Shown here piece after piece: positions 50,640 through 62,400 of a stretch of DNA of 64,000 nt (position 1 is the stretch's first letter; each line of letters begins with the position of its first letter). Below the pieces are notes generated by a model. That model saw only the letters and a list, made by a program, of their open reading frames with translations. It searched no databases and had not been told where the DNA came from. The stretch comes from Raillietiella orientalis. Taxonomy: Eukaryota. Position numbers and translations under genes: made by a program. The stretch lies in assembly GCA_036172245.1 (NCBI GenBank), contig JAYWIR010000007.1, positions 434,001 through 498,000 on the forward strand, in the 5' to 3' direction.

Positions 50640-50860
50640 ATCATCCCTTTTCTTTTGGAATCCACGTCTATCATCACTAGAGTTGCTGTTCTGCTTCTCT
50701 CGATTTTTCCCTTCTCGGATAAACAAGATCGAGTGCTACTCAATTTCCTCCTTGTCGACACTTCCGTTGCTCCGCAACAGGATGGGAGGCAGCCAAATTT
50801 GATAATGCGGGGGGACGAAGCCGAAGGTTTTCCCACAGATCTCAAGGTGTCCAGTCAAGC
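50640..50860 (-). mobile_element. Possible hAT transposase C-terminal dimerisation domain remnant
   Basis: LWENLRLRPPALSNLA then frameshifted GATEVSTRRKLS...LVMIDVD (cf. W......P.L..LA...ATS.S.ER.FS...LV.I..N). Confidence 0.35.
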
Positions 50861-50936
50861 TCGAAACGCTGGCGCAACGGCCTGTGCACCCGCCTGGCTC
50901 GCCCCAGCAGAGAGGTCGGGGGCAAAGCGGAGCTTC

Positions 50937-51440
50937 GATTTCCACCCGGGTGCGCCGAGGCGTTTATTTTCATAAACTAATTGCAGAGAAAATTGTGGTT
51001 GGACCAGTGCTGCAACCACGCCCAGTTTCAAAGAGCCAGGTCGCCGGTATGCACACCGGCGAGGTCCACCAAGGCAGCAGAGGGGAGGGGAAAAAGAAAA
51101 TGAAAGAAAACAAAAAATGAAAATACGGTTTGGGGGGTTCGGGAAGGGATCACTGTCTGCTGGCGGCAGTCCGGTTCATCCTCTCCAGGATGTCGGCAAG
51201 GCTCTAACTGCACGTTTACTTCCAGGTGGGGCCATCGCGTCTCCATCCTCAGGAAGCGGACGGCGTATTCGCTGGCATCCCTGTCGCTGGGTCCTCCCCT
51301 CGCGTTGCTCCAGTCTGCGACGATCCCGCGCAGGCAGCAGCACAGGGCTGCAAGGGAGCCGCTGGCCGAAGGGCGTCGCGAACGAAGAGGGGTTTGGAAG
51401 CGTTCCTGGTTTTAACGCGGAGCTTCGCAGCCACGGAAGG
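50937..51440 (-). mobile_element. Tx1/L1-clade LINE family, 3' end copy
   Basis: Alignable by eye with 22931-23390 over about 450 nt (e.g. tgtggttggaccagt, gcagcagaggggagggg, cgggaagggatcac, gacgatcccgcg); PLFVRDALRPAA. Confidence 0.75.
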
Positions 51441-54400
51441 AGGCGGAGGTCACCCTCTGCTCGGCGTGAAGATGCTCCTGAGGGATGGTAGGAACCGTGG
51501 ATTGAGGTCCCGATGAGTTTCCTGCCAGAAGAGTAAGTGCTCTTCGAAGTATTCATCAGTCTTCACTTCGAAAAGGAAGCAGCGCAAAAGTAACTTTTTT
51601 TTCCCTAACCTTCAACAACAATAGGGTTTAGCCTAGGGAAGCCGAGAGCCAATCAGGACGCGAGCAGCAACAATAGGATGTCCCAACAATAGGATTCGCT
51701 GAGTCTGATAACGTCGATCTCCGAGGATGCCTCCCACGCGATGTCCTCAGGGGTTTCTCCTGCAAAACCCGTGGAATTCCGTCCGCACGGTCATTTCTTC
51801 CCGGACGGTCACATTCGCTTCCGTAAATCACGGCAATGCCGCAGCTGCGTAAACAGAAAGCGCATCGGCCAACTGCACGTGCATTCGAGAGAGTGTTCCA
51901 AAGAGACACTTCCGGCTAGTAGCAGGAAGAGAAGACGGAGAGAGCCGTGCACGTAGGGAGAAGAAGGTACTCACTAGCTGAGTACGATATTCCCTGAGCT
52001 CTGATTCAATTCGACCACGAAATCTCAAGGAAAACTCACAGTTTATACGTCGCGAGGACATCCAAGATGTTTTTTCTCTTTGCTTCCAGAGGCTGCTTGC
52101 GAGGAAAGGAACGAGGAAGGCTTCGTTTTCCTTTTTTTTTTTTTTTTCCACTGTTGCATTGCTTGCAAAGCCGCCATCCCCCCCCCCCCTTCCCTCCCTC
52201 CCTCCCCAAGGTAATTTGTAAATGGATACCGAATTGAGTAGATCATCTTTTGCTCTTTTGCTGCTTCAAAGGAATTACATTAACAAGAGTGTCGGCCTAT
52301 ATGTGCTCTTACGTTCGCATAATGGTTCGTTAAACACTGCGGAGTGTTCTGCCCTGTTCGGGGATCGTTAATTAGCTAAAAAAAGAAGCTGCTCATTATC
52401 CGTGGCGACCTGTGCCCACTTCTCTTCACAAGAGGCACAATCTTCGAGCCACTGCTGGGCAGAAAAGCTCTCGTGGAATATCGCTTTCCCTCCTCCCCCC
52501 CCCCCCCCCCGTGATTGCCATCTTCAAGCGGGATTCATCATGGCAAAGGAGCTCGGGCACCACACCAGACGTGGATTTTTTCCCGGTCGGAGCCCTCGAG
52601 AAAAACGGCTTTCGTCGTGACATCAGCTTGCGTAGGGCCGGCAGCAAATGTGAATGAGAGTTGCGCTTTTGCGAACCATTCACACCGTCGCGGAGGAGAA
52701 TTTCCAGCTCTTCAGCGGGAGCGTGAAACGGGACCGTTCGGTCTTTGCGCGGCTCTTCGAACGGAGGGAGTGGCCAGGGAGTCCTGCGTAGGTCACAGCA
52801 GACTTTGGCGCCATAGCCCAGGTGCCTATTCCGCTCTTTCCGTGCTCCCGAACCAGCTCTCGCGTGTGGGCATCCACGGCGCAAAACAGGAGCGACCCAG
52901 CATTTTGATTTCAAAACAGTTCGAAGCGCAACGAAAGTGTTTGTACACTTTCGCCACGAGCGTTAGGTAAGCTGAAGAATTCCGTTCAGAGTCACGCCTA
53001 TGAATGGGCAGAACTGTCACTCGGGCATCTGCTGCCAGTGATTGCTGCGTTCAGGATGCCCCCAGCGCACACCTCGCGCGCAAGCCATGCTCTTTCGCTT
53101 TCACGGGGCTGACGTTCCGTGCGGAAGCGGCGGCAGGTTGCCGAAGACCGTCCGCGGGAGGACCAGAACCCCCCCACCCACCCACCGCCACCACCCCATG
53201 CGGACCGCGGATCCTGGACGCAACCGATGATGATGGCTGCCGCGGCTCGGATTCGGCTGCAAACGCGGAACGGCTTTTCCCGTTTCCAGGGCGACGGCAG
53301 CCCTCTCCCCCCCCCCTCCCCCCTCTCGAGATTCTTAGGGCACCTCCGCGGCAGCGTGGCGGCGGCGCCGGCGGACCTCCCTAACAGAGCGGGTCTTCTT
53401 CGTGGGTGCCAGCCTGGGCCACCAGCAAGCCGGCGAGGGGAGCTCCAGCGTGCAAGGGAGGAGATTTATTTCTCAAACACCTGGGACCGGAAGCGGGGCG
53501 TCGCTTCTCAACAGTCACCTGGTGCATTATCGCAGCTTCCTTTTCGGCGCAAACGATCAGCCATTTCGCTTGTGCGACTCGTGCAATCAGCGGCGCTCCT
53601 TCCCCACGGCCGATGTTCCAAGACTCGCACGCCCATTTCCTCCATTGGTTTGATGGGTATCGCGGGCAACCGAAAGAAAGGAGGAGAGGCGGCAGATGGA
53701 AATTCTGAAGTTCATATTTACATTTGCGCACGCTCGTTGTGATCTTGCTGAGAGGGAACTGGCCTGGAGCTCCCATACAAATGGAATACGTGGAGTGATT
53801 TTTTTTTTTTTCTTTTTCCCCTCTCTCTCCCCCTCCTCCCCCGTCTCTCTCCCTCTCCTTCTCCCCCCAATATTGTGGAAATCGTTTCTTAATACGCAAG
53901 CAGCGCCAGAGTCAGTTTTTCCCCCTGTTCCTCTAGTGAGCCGTGCCTCGTTTCCATCCCCGCTAAACCGCAGTGAGGCCACAAAAGAGAGGATGCGATG
54001 CTCGCCGTCGAGACGTGGACCGCAGGAGAGCTGCCCACGGGCAGCCTGAAGGTATCGCGACTTTCCGCTTTTTTTTTTTTTTTTTTTTTCCATTTCCCAT
54101 CCGTGCTCCATCCGAAAACCAAAATTTGCATATCGGCCCTTACGCTCCGGACGTCGTGTGAAGAGGGGAGGAGGCGCTGCCGGCGCATCTCTCCTGGTCT
54201 TGGGATCTCCTGATGTAATCCTTGCCGCCTCCATACGCACCTTTCCTCCCTTCGACCGCTTCGCCTTCCTTCCCGGAACTCTTGGCGGGGAAGGCTCAGC
54301 CTGGGATGATCTCCGGGCTCTGTACCTAGAGCTCTGCACGCGTCGTGTTCTGCACTCACGGCATCCAAGACGTGGAATTCGCGTAGAGACGGCTCTTCCT

Positions 54401-56699
54401 TCTTGCGTTTCGGGAAGGAACGGGAAGGGAGTCTTTCGTGAGCCTGGCTGAGAGATTCCTCTACGCTCTTCGGAGGTTGGTTTGATGGCCACCACCGTTC
54501 ACACGCGAGAGAGCTCCCCCCTCCTGCATCCTACCGCTCCTTCCCTCTCAGTCATGAAAAGATGACTTTTTCGCTCTTGCTCTTCGTGTGCGACTTTTAT
54601 CTCGTGCTCCGTCCCTCCGGACAAGTGGAGGGTGGAGGTGCCTGGCTGCCTCGAGCGCAGTCCCCCAGCGCCCCTACGGTAAGAGGGGCTCTACGGTGCG
54701 CCTCAGAAGGATCGCGGTAGGGGGTCTCCCTGGGGTGAGCCTCCACCGCCTGAGTGAGGGGCACGGCGGGCCATGAGTTAGCTACAGGGGCGGAAGAGAC
54801 GGCAGACAGTGGGCTCCGAGGTGCTTCTGCTTCCGGTGCCGTCCCGTCCCGTGAAGATGCTGGACTCGGAGCTTCCCGGGATGCAAACGCTTTCAGGGAT
54901 CCCCCGTGCTCTTCCGTCGGAAGAGCAGGAGGTTCGTCGCCGCTTCCGAGGTGAGAGCAGGTGGGTTGGGTCCCCCTCGGTTGAGGCTTCCACCCTCGGA
55001 GTGCACGATGCCGGCCCTGCTGCAGGGATTCTTTCAGGGAAAGAGAGACTCGCAGGCCGTTTCCTCCTCTCCTTCTCTCCCGCGTTCTTCTTCTTCCTCC
55101 TCCTCCTCCTCCTCACAGGAGAAAAAGCTGCCTGCTTCACCTTTGTGCTCCGCTTCCGCTTCCGTTTCCACAGAGGAACTTGCCAGGTTCCGCTGCCCGG
55201 GCGCTTGGAAGGACACGCGCGTGCTCCGCACTCCTTTTTTGTTGTCGGTCAGCGGTTCGAGAGAGACGAAGCGACCCACCTATTGGCCTTCGAGGGCGGT
55301 GCGAGCGCGCGTGCAAAAGGCGCCCCCACCACTTGAGCTGTTTGGCGATGGTGCCTTCCTGGAGCATTCGCTAGGCTTCCAGGCTGCCCTTGATTGTCCC
55401 TTGACGCTGGTCCCGCTTTTCTTCCGAATAATGCCCGTGGGAACGGCTCCTGGAAACGTTGGTGTTATCTCCTTCCTTTCCCGCCGAAATGGATGTTCCA
55501 TCTCCGCTTCCTGGATCGCGTTACTCAGCACATCACCTTCCGACCCCCTCCCTAGATTTCCAGGCGGATGTGGCGCTTTCGGAAACTCAGGCGGTCTCGT
55601 GGTCCACCGCGACCATCGCTCCTCTTTCCTCTGCTCCGCTCTACGGCACGCTCTCCAGCATGGGACCTCGCCCTCGCATTCTCGATGAGGAGAGCAAGCG
55701 GTTCCGGTTTCCACGGGAACGAGGTGCGTGCAAACGCTTCCGCGCCTTGCGAGCCAGTTGCAGCGGAGGCACAGGCAGGAATGTCGGCGTTCCCTCCCAT
55801 CCGCCCGCAGCTTCCGGAGCTCGAGCCCCAGACCCAAGCATCGGGGGAGGAACCAGAGTGGCACGGATGGGGAAGGTGGGGTGGGGGGTGCAAAGGGAGG
55901 GAGGAAAAGAAACGACTGCTGGTTCGGCTACAACCCTTGCTTTTCCCCGTTCCCGAGACCTCGAGAAGGAGTCCCTTTTTGAAGACGAGCAGCCAACGTC
56001 ATCTGTGCGGCGGCGACGCTCTCGAGAAGGCCAGCAATGAACAGTCTCCAGGCACGCGCGGTGGGCGGTGGGCGAAGGGACCAGAGTGCGCCAGAGCGAT
56101 CCTCGGACCTCAGCCACATACATGCGCTTTTGATGCTTTCTCGTGGGCGCCCAAAGCGACCTCTCGACGATCGCACCGTCCATTTCACCGTTTATTTGTT
56201 TTTGTTTTTTTATCTCGCGAATTCTTCCGACTTCCAGCGCGAAAAAACCCCGCGCGAAATCCAGCGCGACTTTCGGAACTGCACCCACACGAGGAGGACG
56301 CGGTTCCGAGAGGTGAGAAGGGATGTTGCGGATTGCCTCAAAGAGACGAAAAACGGAAAATCGCGGCATGTGTGCTCTCCCTTCCCCCTTCCTCTCTCTC
56401 TCTCTCCCTTCCTCCCCCCCTCCCAAAGATGCTCCGCGCGTGGAGCTGGGAATGCGGCACGCGCTTGCCTTTGCGGCGTGCGGCCGTCCTTTGGTGCTGG
56501 CGGCGCCGGTGGAGGCGCGCGTTCCCGGGGAAACGGAGAATCTGTCACACACTCCTTCCACCCTGTCGCACGGATGACGAGCGTCAATTTATTCTTCCTC
56601 CGTGGTAGGCGACTTGCCGTTCTTCTGGCGGAAACCAGGAGCAGCGAGACTGCTCGTCTTCCGCGGTACTTTTTTTTTTTTTTTTCCGCTCCCGTGTGA

Positions 56700-57800
56700 A
56701 GGTGTACCCGACCGAAAGTGCAGGGATACGGAATCAGTGACTGGGAGGAACAGAACGACCACTTGGATGACGTGTTTCGAAGGCATCTTTGTGCCTCGAC
56801 AGGACGCGACGACCTCCTCTCGAAATACGGCTTGTTCCAGTCTTCCTCGTGGTCGGAAACTGAGCCGTTTCCTTGGCGATTCGTCGTCCCTCTGTTTCCT
56901 TTGAACCGCTGGTATGGAAACGCGCGCAGCCGTTTCCGGAAGGGCTTCGCAAACCGGATGGGAAGGTGGCCAACAACGAACTGGTAACTGGGTGGATATC
57001 CCGTTCGCAGCGTCAGTGCTCACGTGCATCAGCCAGAAATGGATCGGACCTCTCCCGTGGCTCCAGAGAGTGAGCTGCACTCCAAGGCGCACCTCGTTGC
57101 ACCCGCTGTGGCTTCCTTGCGTCCGAAAAACCAAAACCCTTGGAAGGGGCATCACTGGATGCGAGGTGCCCCCTCGAGAGCACCCATCGTACGGCCGTTT
57201 GTTCTTCCTCGTTCTTGAACGCTGGACGTCAGGAGTGTGGCCGTATCCATGGCAGCCGTGACCGAGCGGGCGCCACGGAGGTACACAGATGATAATGCGT
57301 GTTGCTTTCCTATCAGCCAAAGTCCTACAGGAAGCAAAAGGCGTTTCCCGACTTTGCATTTCTTTGCATCGAGTGGCAACAAAAAAAAGAAAAAGTGAAG
57401 AGGCGGTCGAGGGCCACTCGGCCGCGATCTCGAAGCCGAGCGCGATTACTCCTCCGCATGCGAGAGGGATATCATCTTCCAGCCCTCTGTGCTCCCTGCA
57501 CTTGACCGGCGTGTTGCATCCACGAGAATTTCCACAAATGAGGCGGAAAATCGGGGATCGGTTTCTTGAAAGGAGGAAAAGGGAAAGAAGAAGCAAACGG
57601 GACTTTGGAGCTCTTCGAGCGGGGGAGGTCATGCGGCGACGATCGGAAGGTCTGTCCCGTTCGTATGGGTGGAACACCGGAAAAAGCGCGCTGGGCTCCC
57701 CTGACAGGAAGGGTGACTGCCGAAGCCTCGAATTCCTGGGGCCTGAAGCGCTTCCAGCCGTAGGCTCGCACCGACGTTGCATTGCCGGATGAGGCGCGTG
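56700..57800 (+). mobile_element. Decayed non-LTR reverse transcriptase
   Basis: RAAVSGR (cf. Q.GF..GR), VDIPFA (cf. LD...AFD), EVPPREHPSYGRLF (cf. GVPQG..LSP.LF), YTDD at 57282-57293. Confidence 0.45.
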
Positions 57801-59479
57801 GTCCTCCGTCCGGTTCCTGAGTTCATTCATTATCTGATTATTTTTTAACTGGCACTCATCCTGCCAGCACCGGAAGTGACCGTGCGTAATTATTCCCATC
57901 TCGCTTGCTTTTTGTACATCAGCAACGTGTTTGTTTGTTTGTTTTTTTTACCCCCACCCCCCGAACTCCCCGGGTGTTACGAAGCGCGGAGCGCATTCGT
58001 TTGGCGCTACTCCTTGGCACCTCCGGCTGCGTTGGGGACTCCTTGGCTGCCGCACCCTGTTGTTTCGAGGAAGTCTTGGAAGCGTCCGCGGTGTGGAAAT
58101 AGAGGAGGGAAGCTGCCTGCGTGCCGACGCATTCCCTTCGACCTCAGGGTTGAAGGAACTGCGATCTTCCGAACGTGACAGGCAAAAAGTGCTAATTCAC
58201 AGCTTCTGACGTTCGCCGGTGTCTCTGCCGCGTTCCCTCCGCTGTCGCATCCCCGCCGTCGTCATCTGGGGCTTGCCGGATCGTTGCCCTCCCTCAGTGC
58301 CCTGACGACGCGTGCCCACCCCGGCACAGGCTCTCTCCAGCTAGTGCGCGCGCGCGCATCCTTCCTTCCCTGTCTGCCGGGAGTGTCTTGAAGGCAGCAG
58401 CTCCCGGAGGTCCTTTCTGGCATTGCGGGACGTTTGTGGGCGTCCCACGCGTCGCCTTCTTCCCCGCTGGAATGTTACCGGACACGAGGCGCCCTCGTGT
58501 GTCAGACGTGCACGGGGCGCGCCGTCAAGGTGTTGGATGCTTCCTTTACTTGCATCCGTCCTTCCTCCTCCCCGTGCAGAGATTCCTCCCTCGGGGATCG
58601 AAAACGCGCCTACGTCCCTCCGCCAACTCAGGGCTGTGAGGCCGCAGCGCGACTCCGGCGGGAAGCTTTTATCTCCAGCACTGGACCCTCTCCATTAACC
58701 ATCCCGTCGGGTGCTCCGCGGAACACGCCCGAAGGCAGGAGGGGTTCGAGACGCGCATCCGCGCCCGCATCTCGAATTCGCTCCGGAGCTGGCGTTTCTT
58801 CCGGCTCACGTTTTCGCCGTACTTTTCGGAGGCCACCTACTTGCCGGGACTGGGGGAGAGAGGTCCGATGCTGCGCGATTCTGGGCCGGGCTGCTTCCCT
58901 TCGATCGTCCCGTCTGAAAGAAGAGCGGGGAAAAAGGGAGAGAGAAAAATTCCCCGCATCCCTTGTTCGCGGTTGTCCAAGCGTTGGTGACCGCTGCTGC
59001 TGCGGTGACGCATCGTGTTTGCTTCACTGAGGTGGGGAACCTTCGAAGCTGCTCCTACGCTTCCGTGTAGGAGCAGCTTCGAAGGTTTCCTGGGACCAGC
59101 GTCGTGCTGGTCGGTTCGTTTCGGTCGCAAGACAGACGCGAATGGAGGTTGCTTGGCAACGTAAGGCAATCTCTTTTCCCCCTTCGTGAGTCCTTTCCTC
59201 CTGGGGAGCGCTCGCGGACAAGCGCGGTCATCGCCGTCGTCCTTGCTCCTTCCTCGCCTCAGTCAGCCGGATTTTCCAGGACTCTCCCTGGACTCGAACA
59301 GAACCCCGGAAATCAAGCGGGAAGCTTGCTGGAAGGGTTCGCCTTCCCTACCGTTTCGCCCGGCGTCGGAGCGCAGTCCCGGCGAGCGCGAGCAGGAGAG
59401 GCACTCGGGGGGGGGAGGACTTTGCGCTGGGAGGAACGGAAGGGACCTGCGAACGGGTCCGGGGAGGACGACGTGAGAA

Positions 59480-62400
59480 ACGGTGACAGGGCAGATGGGT
59501 GCTACCGTCGCAGAGATACGAGAGTTCGCGATTCGCTTTAAGAGGCCTCGGGGTGAAGAGGGTGGACCACTCACGGAAGTGCGAGGGAATGGGAACGACT
59601 CTTCCTACAGGTGCTTCCTCAAGAGCACGGAGTGGAGTTGTAGGTTTTGCGAGGGGGCTGGACTGGAACCTTTCCGGGATGGCGAGGGAAGGGAGGCGAG
59701 CGGATACGTGATCTTCTGGCTGCGTCGTGGGTGGGGCGGGGCAGCTGCAACGGGTCTTGCCCGCTCGCCTGCGCCACCCATCGCGGAGGGGGAAAGGCGG
59801 GCGCGCGCGCGTGATGCCGCCGAAGGTTCGTGCGTGTCCGCGGCCGGGGGCAGCCCCGCCTTTCCAGCCAGGGGCGTTTCCAACCGTTGCCTACGCATCG
59901 CGAGGTGTTGCCTGGGAGCCGTGGTTGACGTGGGGCCCCAAAGCGCGCGCGGAGTTCCCCACTCGAGACTCAGCCTGCATTGCTCAGGGGCTCCTCCCCT
60001 GAGCTACGGGATGCGTGTGCAAGAGAGGCGCAGAGGAGGGACGGCTAGGACTCTTGGAGTCCCCCTGGACTCGCGAGGACCCGAAGAGAAGTCTGACAAT
60101 CACCAGGGCGCATGCAAGCGCACGCTGCAGGAATCGGGAACTCACCTGCCTCATCCAGGTGACCTGAGTCTACCGGCATGGCAGTGGTCCCTTTTCAAAC
60201 GTCTCTTTCGCGCAGGTCAATGTAGGGCTCTGTGGGGCAAGGGAGTGGCTGATGATTCTTCGCAACGTGGGGGATCGCTTCGGTGTAGCCAGTGATCAAA
60301 TGGATGGGCAAGCTGAGGAAGGAAGGCGGCGCAGTGTGGCTGAAACAGAGAGGGAGGGAAGTGGATATCTGGGATGCTCGGAGGCGATCCTCCCTGCATT
60401 TCCTCGCCCTTGCAGGTCCGTGAGACAGGGAAAGGGCAGCTCCTGTAGGCGAGCGGCGCTGCCCTCTCGTCTTCCTCCGGAGGCAGTCTCCCCTCAAGGC
60501 CCACCACCGGCACGGGCACAGACGTGCGAGAGAGTCTGGCTGATTGCCTGCTTGGAAAGGAGAAAAGGCCTCTTAAGGGATGCGGTCGGCGTTGCGTCCG
60601 AGGCGCACTCGAGCTTCGGGCCGCACCGTCGCCACGGGCGAGCATTTCAGTCCCTCCAAACAGCTCGCCGAAACTTCTCTCGCCCTCTCGCCCGCGGACT
60701 CTGGTCACTGTCTACCCTGTTCGTGAGAGTCGGAGAGGGTTTCCCTCGCGCCGTTGGCCCGGGACCGTGGCCGTCAGCGTTGCATATTTACCCTCAGGCA
60801 GGGCGGAGCGAAGACTTCTTGTCTACTCTTTCCGGGGAAAGCCCCTCGGGAGAAGCTCGCGCGCGGACGACCCCGAGGAGTGGAGTCACGAGGAGAGGGC
60901 GCGCTGGCAGGGTTCGTGGTTAAAGGGGTTCCGGATGAGAGCATAACGCGCGGAACATCCCCATGCGACGAAAAGACTCTGGTGCTCCGAGTAGGGGGAG
61001 GAGCGTGCCGAGGCTGGATGACCACAGGGGGTCGGTCGGTCTCTCACGCCGCCGCCTATCCGGGAGCGACGGGAGGCCGGGGGGAAGAGAACAGCGGTTT
61101 CTGCGGAAAGCAGAAGCGGAGTGCCTGCTGGGCGTTGTTTCCCGGGAGATTCGCTCCTTTCTGTCGCCTGCGACCCCGCAGTGCTTTCCTTCCCTTCCCC
61201 CCTCCCCCTTTCCCCCCGCGGGAGTAGCGGTGCGATGTTCTGCGCATGCATCGGGAAAACAAAGGAGTTCCTGCTTGCTCGCGCTGCTCCGGACTGCGAA
61301 CCCCTCTCGTGATCGGGAGGGGTTTGCGGGGAGGAGGAGGGGGCTGGCAGCTCCCCATTCCTCCTTCTCCTGTTCCTCTTCCTCCGTCTCTTTCCCTGCA
61401 TCTTCTTCGATGGAGACAACAGGGCCAGAGCGAAGAGGAAGCGAGCGTTCCTAAAAGAGATGCAAGGGCAGTCTCGTCTCTGGGACAAGCGCGGCGCCCC
61501 CCCGCCTTAAGGAAGGAAGTCTCGCCGTCATGGCCGTCATACAGGGCAACCACGCCCTTGTTCCTGAGACGACGAGTAGCTGCGTCCGCGTCCGCGAAGA
61601 GCTTTCCTTTCGGTGGAGGGGAAAAACAAGACAAAACGGTGCACCTTCGCATGGTTCACGGATGTTCGTTACCCTGCAGGGCCACGATCCTGCGGGATCA
61701 CTGCGACGGTCACGTCGGCGAGACTTCCTTACCTTAAGGAGGGGAGACGCTGCAAATGTCTCAGAAGCGGGACTCGCCTTGCATCTCAGGGGGTAACAGC
61801 AAAGTCAGGATGCCTTCCGGGAATCGCTGGGCTCCCGGGAGGACCTACGGATCCGCGGCTCGCCGCCTTTTCTGGTTTTCCGTGAGGCGCACTCGCACAC
61901 GGCGACGGCGCAGGTTCCCGGGATTCTTCTGCCTCTGCTATCCGTTCGCGAGGCGATGGCGCCGCGAGCCAATTCAGGAGCAGGTTACCGTCGCAGCGAT
62001 CGCCGTCGTCGCCCCCCGAGGGCACGCGTCCTGATACGGGAATAAGGCCGGCCGCCGTCGCTCTGTGCCGACTGGAAGGGAGCGGAAGCTCCGTGTCCCA
62101 GGACGGACGGGAAGTGCCGGGTGCTTGTCGCGTGCGATCCCGACGAATTCACGCGCGCATCCCTTCCCCCTCGAGTGCGCACGCGGTCGTTGGGCTCACC
62201 TCCGCATTCTGCTGCGACTGGAGAGCGGCAGTGGTCGCCGCCGCGTTGTGAACGAGGCGAGTGGGCCGTCTCTGAGATCTCTTCCGAGCCGAGATGGTTG
62301 GCAAGCAGGAAGGACCAGGCTTCCTGAGTCCTGCCGGCCTTGACTGCGACCCCGTTTGTGGGTGGTCCTAGGGACTGACTCTCGCCTTGACCATCTCCGC

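Noticed and set aside
56589..57899. 436-aa minus-strand ORF, the longest in the window
   Set aside because: No domain motifs; the opposite strand carries RT remnants including YTDD, so it is a chance open frame in GC-rich relic DNA.
1738..60256. CTGATGA strings (1738, 8149, 23230, 35551, 60249) as hammerhead ribozyme cores
   Set aside because: No flanking stems with a correctly placed GAAA could be built by eye; an Infernal search would be needed.
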